Translations under genes and position numbers: made by a program
Part shown: piece by piece, positions 34,201 to 48,199 of the stretch
Numbering within the stretch: the first letter of the stretch is position 1
Layout: each line of letters starts with the position of its first letter
The notes under the pieces: model-generated
Databases searched by the model: none
The model's input: the letters and a program-made list of their open reading frames with translations, nothing else
Told to the model about the DNA's origin: nothing
NCBI RefSeq assembly: GCF_040938485.1
Contig: NW_027271104.1
Span: forward strand, 1,240,001 to 1,304,000
DNA from: Diadema antillarum
Lineage: Eukaryota
Direction: 5' to 3'
Length of the DNA: 64,000 nucleotides

Positions 34201-37200
34201 AATGCTCAAAATATAATGCAATGAATAGTGTAATGTAAGTAATTTAGTCAAGCAACATCAGTTTACGACACGGACATGTTGGTTCAGGTAGTGGCTTTGA
34301 TGTTTGTTTGTTTTATTTTTTTAACTTGAGCGATACCTCTAAACATCGGTATGATACAGATATATCTTGTTTATTACATCACTACACCGAGATTAGAGTT
34401 CTTGAATCTTACAAACTCTCCCGATGCAATAAAATAATGTGCTTCAGTGAGTTACATGAAGTGCTTTTGATTGGTATCAAGTTCCCGATACGATTTTTTT
34501 TTGGGGGGGGGGGGATGGGGGTGTTCTTGGTAAATCTTTTTCCTACTTTTAACAACTTTAAGAACGTTCTTATCCTCATCAATGTATCATTTCATCCTTA
34601 AACCTAGGTCACGTATTCAGTATTGTAAGGAAGAGGCTGCCCTGTCTTTTGGGACTGTCGATTTTGCTTCTGCTATGTCTTGCAACCCTGGGCAGTTTTG
34701 CTTTGTTTTTTAATTTAAAACGAACACTAGTTGCATTTGGATGCCTGTGTGGCGAAATTAGAAGGCGTTAGCAATATTGTTACTACAATGATCCTCCCTC
34801 TGTTTTGTCAATCTATTTTTCTCCTTCCTCTTTTGTCTTCCTTCTTTCTCTCTCGCGTGCACCTCCTATCTTTTTCCCATCTCTTATAGGTCCACACCTT
34901 TTTCTTCTCTTTTCACGTTTTTTCTTGCTCTTTTTCTCTCTTTTTTCTCTCTCATTCCTCTTTTTTGTCCTTGACTCGCCGGCAGAAGTTAAACAAAATC
35001 GAGCAATATTTCATGAATGAATATCAACCTATCTTTCTATCAAGAACATGTGCTTTTTCTGTGGACCCTGCCCACTGGTCAGAATACGGAGGCATCAACC
35101 CCCTTCGAGATAGTTTGAGAGTTGAATCTGATAAAAATCAACTGAAACAATATGCTTTTATTTCCTCGTTGTAACTCTTTTAATTTCCTGGTTACTTTGA
35201 GTGTCTTTTGGCTCCAGTTATCATGGTACTCTGATCATTGTCTAGAATAATATCACGGGAGCGATAAGAAATCAGTTCTCTCTGAACTTTATGAGATTGC
35301 TGAGGACAGACTAATGAAACGTTAAAGAAATTGTGGCACGTACCTAAGGTCACTTTGTTTGAATAGCTTTCCGTTGTTTCTTTTTTAACTAGTCTCGTGT
35401 CATCCGGTCGACATGTTTACGTTTCGTGGCATTTCATGTAGTAGTGACGGACTTTTAGTGCACATTTTGCAATTATAGGCAATCCCTTTTCCAGCTTTTG
35501 TGACATAAAGGACACAAAGGGACACTAAAGGACAAAATCGACTGGCGTTCTCCCTCTAATCGCGAAGGTTTTCTACTGATGTAATAAATAGTTTAAATTT
35601 GGAAAGAAGCTGAGGAGGAAAATAATTGGTGTTAGCAGGTTTGTGATATTTTGGGGGGTTATTTTTCTTTTTTTTTGGGGGGGGGGGGAGGGGGAGGGGC
35701 TGGGAATTATGGCGAAAGAGAGTGTTCTACAAAGGGGCTGGGGCTGAGAAGTTGGTGGGCGAGCTCTCTACTTCATGTCTCTCTTTATTCAATAATATAA
35801 CCATCTAAACTTGAATTTAGAAGACTGAAGTTGCTCCGAATTGTAGTCTGATATTTTGCCCGGTTTTAGAGCCGATGTACCACTCTGCATTTACACGCAC
35901 ACATAAGGGGTTTCGGACGTGCCTGGCTACGAAGCGATTGGTCCTGAACATGAAGGGGTGTGAGTTTTAGGGCGAGGGAGAGGGAAGTTGCGCGTTGGGT
36001 GGGGCTTTTAACAATAGCAAGGGAGACTAGAGACCAAGTCAATGATATCGTGTCACGCGGCATTGCCAGATGACAGTATCATTCCCTCCTCCTCTGCACA
36101 GACAATTATTAGAATAGGATCATTATCGACCTTGCAAGGCTCATCTGGAGGGGAAAACATCGTACCATCAGTCAAATTAAACTCTGCCTGAGAGCAATAT
36201 TATTCAAACAGAAGGTCGCAACTGAGTATTGCTTGCCTACTCTTTCAACCGTGCCAGGGCCGTATTCATTTTCGCCTTCCCATTATGCGAGCATTCATCA
36301 TATTATTCTTATATATGCCACCATGACTGATGATATATATATACATATATTACTATAGGAAAACTATAGGAAATTGATTGCGTGTGTGTGTGTGTGTGCG
36401 TGTGTGTGTGTGGGTGCGTGAGTTTACACCTGTGCCTTTGATGCTTTGGCAAAGTGGCAAATATGGATGTACATGTACGTGTATATATTCCTGACTTCAC
36501 ATCTGAAGTACTTACGATAATATGTTTCTCATGTCTCACGCAAACTCACGTCGTTTTCTTCCTTGATTTCCCAAGATCACCAGCTCCTTATGTGGTGCTC
36601 AATATCTTTAACATTCAGCTCTTGAATCGCTCGCACCCTGTCTCTAAAGTAAACCTCCATAGGCCTCTCCTGGGTGGGGTTGGAAGGGCAACGCTTAACG
36701 CTTAGAGCCATAAAGCAACCTATTAAAAAGAGGATTAATACTCTACGAACAAAAAAGGTAAGGTAATGGGCTTGTGGTGCCTGGCCATTCTCGCCAAAAG
36801 CCGCTAACGAAGTCCTCGGTTTCTATTGGTCTAATACCTCCAATTAATCCATTGTAAAATCTTGCTCAAAATTGCCTATCCCCCAACCCTCCAAGATGAT
36901 CCCGGTGGGTTCGGCTACGATTCACTGCGCTCAATCTTTTATGGTTCGATATCAAAGATGGCTTTACCTTTAGTCGTCTGGGAGCGCGTCCTCCATGAGA
37001 TTTAACGCTTGAATGTCTGATATAATCTGCTGGCTTATTTCAGTGGGATCATGTGTGGATTGGCTCATTCAAAGGGCGACTAGCAGCCATTCTACCGTGG
37101 AAATAACTTTCTTCTGCTTTTTCTTTCTTTTTCTTCGTTTTCTTCTTAATCTTCTTCTTAATCTTCTTCTCCTCCACTCCTTCTTTAGCACTGGAGGCGA

Positions 37201-40200
37201 CATGACTGCAAAATTAAAATCCAAGAGCCTAGATGGCGCACTTTAATTCAATGAGGATCACAGGCGCCAAAAACGTGTGCACACTTACAATAAGATTGTT
37301 TTATTGGGTCTGCTTTACGTAATATCCCACTCAATTGAGCCTATGGATTCCTTTCATAGGGTTTGCGATATTCTAAAAGAGGCTGGGGGAGGCAGTTACA
37401 GATTCTGAGCTCTTTGTTTGTATGTTTATTTGTTTTAATCGGCCATTGACGGCGTTGTCTTTCACTATCTAATATTGTTACTTTGAATCTTTTAGAAAGT
37501 ACGGGCGTTTTTATTATCGTTCGGGATTTCCATTTCCATTGTAATGATGGCAGTTCTTCTTGTATTCACTGGTGTATTGCTCATTTTCTTCTCAATTTAA
37601 AAGAGTGCACGTCTACATTTGCCTTATGTCGTCTTGTCACTCCTTTAATTTCAGCCAATGAGGAATGTTAATGAGCAGATTCCAAATTCCATTACAGACA
37701 ATGTGTCTGTTTCAGTTTCTCTGTTGTTGTTTTTTTTTTATAAAATAGTAAGACTTCAGAAGAACAAGAAGTTTTATTTGAAAATTATAGTCCTCATCCC
37801 GAACCCATCCCTGAAATTTGTCTGTCGATTTCGATGGAACTAACAGTGGTAGTCTCACAAAACAACATCTGAGTTATAGCATGCTCTTTGTTGAGACCGT
37901 AAGACTATGTGCTCTGAAATACAAATGTGTATTGCGTGATTGATGGTGGGCGCATATCATTCGGTTTTGTTGTTTTCAATACAGTTTATGTGTTCTTTGA
38001 TACTTATCTGGAAACATACATAATTCCAATAATGATATAGAACATGCAAACAAAGTATATGAAACATTCTGGTCTTATTTATCTAGGGTAGCCTTTTCGT
38101 TGTTGGCACTGCTCTAACAGAGGGCCCTGTCGTCATCATCATTTACCCTAGCACTCTCAGGGTATACCCAATTACACACCTGTGTCAGGAGGGCCGGGCA
38201 TCGTGGCTGTCCATAGACGCAGGCATTTGATAGGATTCGAACTCGGCACCTCCGAAACAAAGTCAAGAGTCTTATCCACTATATCGCAGCCCCCCTCCCC
38301 CATGATAATGATGATAGTAAACAAAATGTACGACAGATTACCAAATGTATAATCTGAATTTTGCTGAAATGAAAATGTTTTCATGTTCACTATCTTCACT
38401 GGGTTTCCATTTTTTTTAATGACTTCAGGGAGACTTCCAGTCCGAATTGGTGTGTACGGAGAAGAGACCCGTGTGTTCCTGCCGTGGACCAGGTCTGGAC
38501 TGCCGGAGTATGAGGTCACAATCGCAGAGGTTCTCAAGGAGGCTGGCTATGCCACCGGCATGGTCGGGAAGTGGCATCTTGGTAAGACCCCACTTAGTTT
38601 CTTTAAATCATTATTTTATTTTTTTATCGTCTTCACACCAACGCCTATGTAAACGAAATAATTGACAACTGATGATGAAATTGGTTTTAAGTTGCGTACA
38701 TATAAATATGTTGAACAAGCAAGTACATGTATGGATTTTCATACGTGGATTTAAATACATACACTTTTAGAAATTGAAAACCTACATTTTTTTTTTGCTT
38801 TGTTTTTCTTTTCTTTACTTGCAGGTATCAACGCCAACACTTCCAGCGACGGAGCCCATCTCCCATATAACCACGGCTTCGACTTTGTCGGCCACAACCT
38901 TCCCTTCGGCAACAGCTGGAACTGTGATGACACAGGCGTAAGGATTATTTCGATTTGAAATCGCTAAAAGAAAGTCCGATGAGCGTATCATAACGTGGCT
39001 TCAAAGATCAATCAGTCTTTTCATGATTTTTTTTTCTCTCTCATCTATCATCTTATCTATTCTTTTTTTTTCATAAAAGACCTCAAATTGCTTAAAAGTT
39101 TATTCGATACGACATATATTGCATACCTATCGAGTAACATCGAGTACGATTTTATTTTAACATTCGGAAATCAGTACACCCGAGTACGGGGGAGAAGCCG
39201 CAATCACAACTTTATTTCCTTTGCCCATCTTGTAGTGTCACCCTGTTTATGTTTTGGCATTCCAAGTTAAAGGGATTGTATAGTTTTGGTTGAGAGCTGA
39301 TATCAGGTTTCTTGCATTTTTGGATGAGATGATGAGAAACATTTCATGAAATATGAAAAAGAATGTAATTCCAAGAGGAATTCAACGTTTATTTGATAAA
39401 AATTGGCTTTGAAATGGCTGAGATGTCCAAAACAGAGCCACCATAATTAAAGACGGGACTCACCTTTTATTATGATCGCTTTGTTTTACTTTGTTTTTGG
39501 ATGTCTCAGCCATTCCAAAACCGCCTTTCATCAAATAAACTTTGAATTCCTCCTAGAATGGTATGCTCTGTACTATTTTATGAGTGTTTTCTTGGTACAT
39601 GTATCTTGTAAAAAAGTTGAAAGCCTAATCCTCATCTCCACCAATACTATACCATCCTTTTAATCCTCACATTCAGAGATCAAGATACCAAATTTTGGTA
39701 TCTTCGATAAAAGATGTATGTCCCCAAAGCGAAATGTCATATTAAAAAAAAATAATAATAAGTACATCTCAACTGTAGAGGGAGCTGCAAACGATGATTT
39801 CTTGTCAAAGAGAAGAGTGTATAAGGCTCATACGGGTAAACAATTCCCCATAGAGTCGTGTGGTAGAATTCAAATTTAAAAAAGATTCTGTAAAATAGCT
39901 GGGAGAAATGAGGTGTTTCATCTTGTTGTTGTTGTTGTTCATTTTCCATCTGTGAAGATGGCTGGATAGCCCATATTCAGCTACACTAAGCTGGTCTTCC
40001 ATGGGGTCCGGTTGGATGTGGGGTGGGACCACTTCACCGGGTTAGACACCCTGCTCTTTGCGATGAATGAATGAAGCGGGATCTTTAACGTGCATGAGCT
40101 GTGACCCTCTCATACACGGGACCTCCATTTTATGTCCTATCCGAGGGACTTCACTAACCTGGATAAGTGAGACATACACTTTCATCCATCAAATTTCCAG

Positions 40201-43200
40201 GGTGGGTTCTTTTGCTCAAATTCTGTCCAAGGGTCCGCAAAGCCAGACTACGAGTTCTTGTCACTCAAAAAATCACCTATTTTCCGTACACGTTATACCC
40301 AATGAAATATAGTCCCCTCAAATTCCATCAGAAAAGCTTTCATCTTCCAACCAAAATGCAGTTTGTAGAGGAATTCATACTCAATATCTACAGTTATTCA
40401 GTTTTTTGCCAAACTACATCATTGATTTTTAATTAATTTTTTTCTTCATTTATTTTGGTATCTTTGGTAAGAGTTTGTGAAGGGGTCTGGGACAGTCCAT
40501 TTTATTTACAGGTGTGAGCCCTATAGCAGTGCTTCTCAACAACTGGGCCGAGAAGGTCTCGCGGGTGTGCCGCCATGTCTTCCCCAAGTAGAAATAATAA
40601 TAATAAAAGAATATTAATATCTACATTTAACTGGGCCTTAAAAAACCAACAACAACCTGGTAGGAGCTAAACTGGTCCTCAGTTAAAAAAAAAAGAGAAA
40701 CAGCGTGGGTGCATAACCAAGAAGTTTACACTCTGAGAAGGAACGTCAATCAATGATAACAATATCTTATGTGATCTATCAACACTGCAGCTCCAACTGG
40801 ACTACCCTAACCCCAGCGTCTGCTTCCTGTATTACAACGCAACCTTGATGGCCCAGCCGTTCGAGCACCGCGGCATTTCCCAGCTCTTCCGTGATGACGC
40901 CCTCCAGTTCATCGAAGAGAACCAAGCCAGCCCGTTCTTCCTCTACGTTGCCTTTGCCCACATGCACACCAGTCTTTTCTCTTCTGACGAATTCACCTGT
41001 ACATCCCGCCGTGGTAAGTTATATCGAGATCATTTGTCACGTAGATGAATTGGAGGGAGACGCAGATTCGATTCCTGCTTTATACCTCACCATCGACCTC
41101 GATCTCGAGGGAGTGTGCCCTTGTCTATACTCTAGCTTCGCACACTGTGTGGATACACATATATCCTGTAGTTGCTATCGTTGCTGCCCTGTTTTAGTCA
41201 AAGGCGGCACGTGACAAGATGAGTTCTTTCTCATGAAAGAGCAAAATGCATTATTTTGTCATTATACATGTTCATCAGTGCAAAGTGTGAGATGATTCTC
41301 AGTAGTATGAGTTTCATCACTCAATTAAGTCAACAAAATTTAATCTAAAAGCATTAAAATCAGATCTAAATGAGTTGTCACTTAAGTCCTATTGTCAGAT
41401 AAAAGGTAGTCTGGCCCAAGAATGCCTTGGACCCTGCAGAAAATATATATAGGGAGTAGAGAGGTGCAATATGGACATCTTTATTACAAGAGGGTCCTTA
41501 CTAAGGGAGCCAGTGCTAAGAAACGCTTTACAAAAAAAAAAAAAGAAAATACAATATGCGTAATTGTAGTATCCGGACATTATGATATGGCACATTTTGA
41601 TACGAAGTCTGTACAGCTCTTGAAGGTACACAATCTTAGCAGCAGCAGCAGCAGCAGCAGCAATCATATCTGTTATCATCCTCATTGTTTCGTCACTAAT
41701 CTTCAACACGAAAATATCTTTATATCGCTCACTGTTTACCATCAAGCAGAGTCAGCCTCATCACACAGACCCATCCAATCTCGCTGAGTACAATAGGCCT
41801 ACTCCCAAATCATTTGTCTTCTGGTTTCCTCCTTGTTGGGCAGGTCGCTATGGTGACAACCTGAATGAGATGCACAGCTCTGTGCAGGCCATCATGGAGA
41901 GCATCGAAGAGAAAGGCATCGCCGACAACACCGTCGTCTTCTTCATCTCCGACCACGGCCCACATCGCGAGTACTGCAACGAAGGTGGTGACGCCCACAT
42001 CTTCCAAGGTAACTTTACGAACCGCACGTTTGCACTGTTCGCCGGAGAGGGCGTTCACAATCCCTGTCACGGTGATATGCTCCCAATTCACTGTTACAAT
42101 TCTGCGGGTGTTGAGAAAGAATACGGAAGATACACTTGTGGGTGGTGTTCCCAACCCTCCGTCAAGCATTTGCAGTACACTTAACAATATCAGAACCTTA
42201 TGCTGGTGTAATCATGGATTAATAAATGCTCTGATTGCGGACGACGAAGATGATTATAATTGATAGCGAACGCTGTCTTTGGCACAAACTACATTTCAGG
42301 CACTAAAACAATTAAACAGAAATATCCCCTGCCTTTTTTCTCTTTATCTTTTTTCGAGAAAAAAACAACAAAGGCAGATTCAGGAACGTTAATAACGTTA
42401 ATCATCCATCAAGGAAAGCCGTGGTTTCAGGCAGTAAGGCTCAAACTTCTCACAACTTTTATTTTGGACATTCTTTCGTGGTATTGTGTACTGTTCATGG
42501 AATAATGTGCGTACAGAGTGCGGTAATTAGAAACAGTACCCTCCGCTGAAATGAAAGACCATTTCCTCGTCCTCATACATCTATGTGCAAAATAAAATAC
42601 AAAGTCTCATGAGAGCGAAGATTAGCACAAATGAGTAAGATCTACTTTAAACAAAGAAAATGTGGAATTGCAAAGCACAAGGCATAATAGAGGGTACCTT
42701 TGCCATCCTACACCATTTCCTGGATACTTTTATGATTAATATTTCATACTTTTTGTCAGACATGTGAAACGTTTATTGCAGTGATTTCTATCATAATCTC
42801 TTGTAAAAGATCTAATTGCAGCCTTTGAGCATAAATGTGGTGAATGACGTCATATATATTTATTATCACGCTTTGCATTCAAATACAACGCCACAATTGT
42901 GATCCTCTCTCTCTGATCTCCCTCTATAGGAGGAAAATCTTTGTCATGGGAAGGCGGTCACCGTGTCCCTTACCTGGTCCACTGGCCAGGAACCATCACC
43001 CCTGGAGTATCTCACGAGCTGGTCACCTCCATGGACATCATCGCCACGGCAGCCGAGCTGGCAGGCTCCTCTCTGCCCGACGATCGCGAATACGACGGCA
43101 AGAGCATCGTCGATGTCCTCCTCAACGACGGATCGTCTCCCCACTCCGAATTCTTCTACTACTGCAAAGACAAGATAATGGCCGTCCGCGTCGGAAAGTA

Positions 43201-43621
43201 CAAGGCTCACTTCAGAACCCAGAAGCGCAGCACGCAGGAGGAATACGGCGAAAGGTGCGATGAGGGTTTTCCTTTCGACGACTACTTCGAGTGCAATGAA
43301 TGCGACGGCGATTGTGTGACCGTGCACGAAACGCCCATCCTGTACGACCTGGACAAGGACCCGGGAGAAAACTACCCGCTCAACGTGTACGGGCACGAGG
43401 ACATCTTGACCGCCGTCAGAGACGCAGTGGACCGTCACAATGCTGCACTCGTCAAGGGCACCCCTCTCCTGGACGACTTCGACAATAGCCGCTCCATCGT
43501 GCCCTGCTGCGACCGCTCAACCAACTGCATCTGCAACTTTGATTTCCAGCCAGGCGTGCCTGACTGTTACGAGGACATAATGAAGGCTTCGGTCAGGCAC
43601 ACTACCTTCGATCTTGACTAG
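31263..43621 (+). CDS. Ars: Arylsulfatase paralog C (divergent), 6 coding exons, 563 aa
   Basis: Exons 31263-31608, 38429-38581, 38825-38937, 40791-41013, 41844-42008, 42930-43621 (1692 nt, open, ends TAG). ATG at 31263 ([17 protein letters not shown], signal-like). Motifs ADDMG, CTPSR, GKWHLG, FAHMH, SDHGP, GGKS. Intron 1 is 6820 nt. Confidence 0.95.
33440..33591 (-). mobile_element. 152-bp retroposed fragment with (AAC)n tail and perfect 15-bp target-site duplication
   Basis: TCACTAGTCAGGGTT at 33425-33439 and 33592-33606. On the minus strand the insert ends in a stem-loop, then AAAAATCTAATAACAACAACAAC. Confidence 0.65.
38161..38295 (-). mobile_element. tRNA-derived SINE remnant in intron 1 of paralog C
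   Basis: On the minus strand, A-box-like TATAGTGGATAAG and B-box GAGTTCGAATCC, followed by a GGTGTGTAATTGGGTATACC core-like segment. Confidence 0.5.
39267..39663. mobile_element. TTAA-flanked MITE (Kolobok/piggyBac-like), copy 2, in intron 3 of paralog C
   Basis: Terminal inverted repeats TTAAAGGGATTGTATAGTTTTGGTTGAGA / TCTCCACCAATACTATACCATCCTTTTAA, plus an internal inverted repeat of about 60 bp. Confidence 0.82.
40030..40150. mobile_element. Probable SINE central-domain fragment
   Basis: TCTTTAACGTGC...ACACGGGACCTCCATTTTATGTCCTATCCGAGGGAC resembles SINE bodies recalled from invertebrate deuterostomes. Not verified by search. Confidence 0.3.
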
Positions 43622-46582
43622 ATAAGCACCAAGTCGTCATCAGTCTGCTGTGAAAGTTTATTCGGCATTTTGCTTTGACGTTCAAATATTTTATATTTCT
43701 TTATACATGAATGTTTGCTTTACAAATCTTTTATTATATGAATCAGGCATGACTTTTTTCTTCTTAAATTTGTGATAACTTCTTGAGTTTTTTATTCTCC
43801 TACTTGTTTGGAATAATCAGATTCATTCTATCGAGTTTCTATAAGATATAGAGTGTGGCTTTTGATAAAGGAATGAAATTGTCGGCATTGGTAGATACGT
43901 ACAAGGATACCTATCTTTGAGTAAGGCTTGTCAATTCAGAATTCCATGAATTAAAAATGATTTTTATTGCTGACTTACAGGCCCATAGCAGCATATAAAA
44001 TGCCTGGTTTGTTTTATTTAGGTTTCTCTTGTTCAGATTTCCATGACCACTAAAATCGTGATAAAGGTTTAAGTAGCACAACTTTTGCTAATTACCTGAA
44101 TGTGCCATTGTAAATCTATGCAGATGCATTTCCCCATGAAATGTTGCTTCGACGGATTTGACCTGAATTCACGGAAGAATTCTAGTTATCCATCTAGTCG
44201 AAATAAAGACTGGCGCAGGCGAAGACTCAATTACATGACACCTTGTTTGCTTGCAGTATTGATAAAATGTTGCATCTCAATAAGATAGTAAGGAGAGGGA
44301 GAATGAAAGGAGGAGAGAGAGAGAGGAAAAGGAGGAGATGATAATATGTACCATTGTTTATTCCAAGTTTGATTTTGCGATAACCCTGTCCAGTTTCAAG
44401 TCGCCTTCTTTAAATTCAGACAAACTATTTGCAAACAGAACCTAAAGAGCACAGAGCCTCTAACAAAGAGATATTACAAATGATCATCTGAAGCACTTTG
44501 CATGAACACCGTAAAGCAATAAAACTACTTATCAAGTTTATTTGCACGTACCAAACGAGGGCATGTTTAAGAGCGGGAATGAGAAATGATCGTCTTTACT
44601 TAGACATGAATAAATATACGCACACCTTTTTTTTTCTATTCTTTATTCGAATTTCGTTCAATGCCACGGCATTATCATTCACAAGAAGCAGAAACAAAGC
44701 ATTATGCAAAGACACACAACATTATACACAGACATTGCATAAAGATATTGTATGTCAAATCTTACAGATCGACTCATTAATCATAACGAAATCTGCACAC
44801 ACATACACATCTATCTATAATATGAGTTTGTGTGTGCGTGCGTGCGTGAGTGTGTGTCTGTGTCTGTGTATGCGTGTGTGTGAAGGTACACTGTAGATAG
44901 ATGGATATACAGATATACAGATATACAGATAATACATTAGAATATATTTGAAACCAGTGAGAGTATAAGTGTCCTGTGAGATATGATAAAAGTTCGTATA
45001 TGAAACATACATTTTTGAAGAATAAATGAAGGAATTGATAAATCTTCTCACCCTACCATATCTATCATCTATGAAAGAGTTAATATCAATAGTTTATTGA
45101 AAGAAAATCGTTATTTTGACTTGCAATAAAACAACTTTTGCCATAATTCTTAAGATTATTTTTTTTTAAAGAAGATAGAAAGAGGGTGGAACTGGAAATG
45201 GGCAAAGTCTCTGTTTATAAGAACACTGAGTAAATTTACACGGAGATCACACTTCAAATTGATACTTTTTCCCCTTCATTTGTGTGGTATCAAAGGTTAA
45301 AGGAAGGCTACCAAACAAATCAGGTTGATGTGACAGAATTGAGCTACAACGGGGTAAAACCTGTTTAACAAAAACGTGCTCATAAAAGGTATATGTCCCT
45401 CTGTTAGAATGCAATAATTTGAGATTATTGAATAATGGTTAAGATAGATAAGGCGTGTCACTGCCTCAACCATTTTCTGTCAGTACGAAACAAATCAAAC
45501 CCTTTTGATATCTGAAAGGGAACACTTATCTGGAAGATACGTGATGCGAATCACTGACATTTCAGCTGTTCATGGACGGAACGCCCCCTTTGCCGTGTCA
45601 CGGAAACATATCTATAAAATTAATAACGTTATTATCTGTTGAATGTTTTGGGGTTGTGCAAGGAAGTAACACCATTCATGTCAAATCTGATATAACTAAG
45701 GTTTTACGACTGCATGAAACACACTGGCATACGCATCTATACGATGACCCAATAATATAATGACATGGAGACTCCTAAATTTATTACACTGATTACCATT
45801 AAAGGTATTGTTCACCATTGGGAGCAGTGATAAAAAAAATGTTCGAGTTATCGCATTTGATGCACATGTGTAGGTCAATATATCACAAAACATCCTACCA
45901 CATAACATTTATCAATGAAGCCTAAGATATAAGGAGATGTCACTATTTTTCTCAATAAACCATAACTGCAGACGGTTATTTCCAGAAACAATTTTATTAC
46001 AACTACTGTTCACATTTTGTATATTCAACAATACTTAACATTGATTATACTATCTTGAAGCACTAAACCTGGGTTTTTGTTTCATCTGCACATGGTAAAT
46101 AATGCCATTAGGAATACACATAGATGACTTTGCATTCTAGCCGAATGAAGAGAGAATAAAATCTTGAGTAATGTTTGGTGGATGGAGATCACACTCACTT
46201 GTACATCCCCCTCCCCTCAGTTTCAGTTTTATTTTCAGTTTGTTTTATTTCTCCACTCGTATGAAAGAAATCAGTGTAACAGAATGACAAATAAAATCAT
46301 GAAAATATATACAGAGTATACTCATATAGGAAATATGAAAAACTGAAAAGAGTACTCATATAGGATATATGAGTATGTGAATAGTTATATGTACCAATAT
46401 TTCATGGTATATCTTCAAATATACAGCTGGAAGAGACTGTTATCGATAAGCAATTCTCTTGACTTGGATAACGGCCTCTAGGTTTGTCACAGTTCTGTCT
46501 TATTTTTTAAAGAAGGAACAGAACGCATACACACATGCAAAAAAAAAAATAACGTGAAGTTCCGAGTATTTTCAATGTCATT

Positions 46583-46639
46583 TACACACGACACACACAC
46601 ACGCAAACACACACTCACTCACACACTCACACACACACA

Positions 46640-46682
<43 letters not shown>
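46583..46682. repeat. (CA)n microsatellite; similar tracts near 10095, 36381, 44828 and 48160; (AG)n near 14403 and 60100; (CAG)n near 41637
   Basis: Directly visible. Confidence 0.95.
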
Positions 46683-46685
<3 letters not shown>

Positions 46686-47290
46686 TTGTGTGTCTGGTAT
46701 TGTGGATAGACGTGAGGGGGGAGGGGAGGAGAGAAGCGAGAAGAACAAGAACGTCTTCTCGCTGATACTGCCTTTCTTCTCGAATGGATAGTCAAGCTGG
46801 CAGCGGTGGAAGATGCGGAAGAGGTTTGGCAATAATTATGATATTATTTCCTCGTTGGGAATGATGATTATGCTGAATTATCTTTATGTACTTAGACCGT
46901 CATGACATTGCCTTTCTTATCGGGGAAATTGCTCACCTCTCCCCCATCCCCTCCCCCCTCTTTCTCTCGCTGTCTTCATTCTACTCTGTAGAGTCTTTCG
47001 TAAATGTTTGCTTTCCGTGCTTGCTAAACCTTTCGAGGTGGACAAAGTCGTTATGCCAAGTCATTCCCTGTTTGTTTGTTTGTTTGTTTTTTCTTTGTTT
47101 GTTTGTCATAGTCCTATATTTTTCATTATATTTTTTGTCGTCTTTTTCACATTCACTTAGTTCCATAGGCAACATTTCGTCGCGTCAACGTCCCGTTGTT
47201 TGTTGTTATTCTTACCTCGATTGACATTGATGATTACAACGATTTACATTCTGGACAGGAAGAAATGGAAGAAAGGGAGTTTGAATAAAG

Positions 47291-47346
<56 letters not shown>

Positions 47347-48157
47347 CCAGTAGGGTCTACGTTCATGTCTTTGATGAGTACAATTATACTGACATATACA
47401 TATATCTTCTGCAAATGAACGTACAATGAACGTATCCACTTATTTGGTTATGCTTGCACTATTTGGGTACCTCAAAAGGAAGGGAAATGAGGGAGAGAAG
47501 AGCTTACAGCTCCAAAGAGTGCCAGAAAAGTGCTGGGAAATAATACATACAAACATCGTGCACATAATTGTAAATACTTCCTTTGATAAAAACAAAACAA
47601 AACCAACAACAACAACACCAACAACCTGTATATACATTGCTATACGTTGAGACCTACATCCTGCTGGTCTGCTGCAGGCAGAAATAGACCAATGTAAATA
47701 AGAGTAAATAGCTTGCCAATTTCGTTGCTGTTATTAAGTATCATGTTACTTCCTCATTGAAAGAGGAGAAACTATGCATGTGAAGGTAGGTCTTAACTTA
47801 CGCCAGTGTCGATCCACACAGTGTAACTAAAGTTGTTTTGAATTCACGAACTTGCTTTTGTTTCGATTTCGTTTGAAAATCATGTTCTGAGAACCGTCCT
47901 CTAAAAGTACTTGCCTTTTGTATAATTCCAGTAGAATAACTAGATTCTATTCAGGCCAAGATAAATCCGGGAAGGATCGGGGGGGGGGGGGGGGGTGGTC
48001 GGAGCAAAGACTGAAGCACGGTTCGAATGCATGGGCGTCTGTGTACTATGAGCAATAATTATGGCAGTGACGTGATTTGAGGCGTAGCTATTTGATCAGT
48101 TCTATCAATCTGTGTCAGGGGAAAAATACACAGAGCAACGCTTGGCGACATAGCAGC

Positions 48158-48199
<42 letters not shown>

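Noticed and set aside
40527-40705. Charlie-like hAT MITE (CAGTGCTTCTCAAC start)
   Set aside because: The right TIR is too degenerate and there is no TSD, so it is not listed as a feature.
5536-43621. Bacterial sulfatase contamination or recent horizontal transfer
   Set aside because: Five spliceosomal introns at shared positions, signal peptides and an animal repeat context.
46730-46830. Protein-like short frames on both strands (LFRIFHRCQLDYPFEKKG / EQERLLADTAFLLEW)
   Set aside because: No convincing splice sites, start codon or recognisable family.
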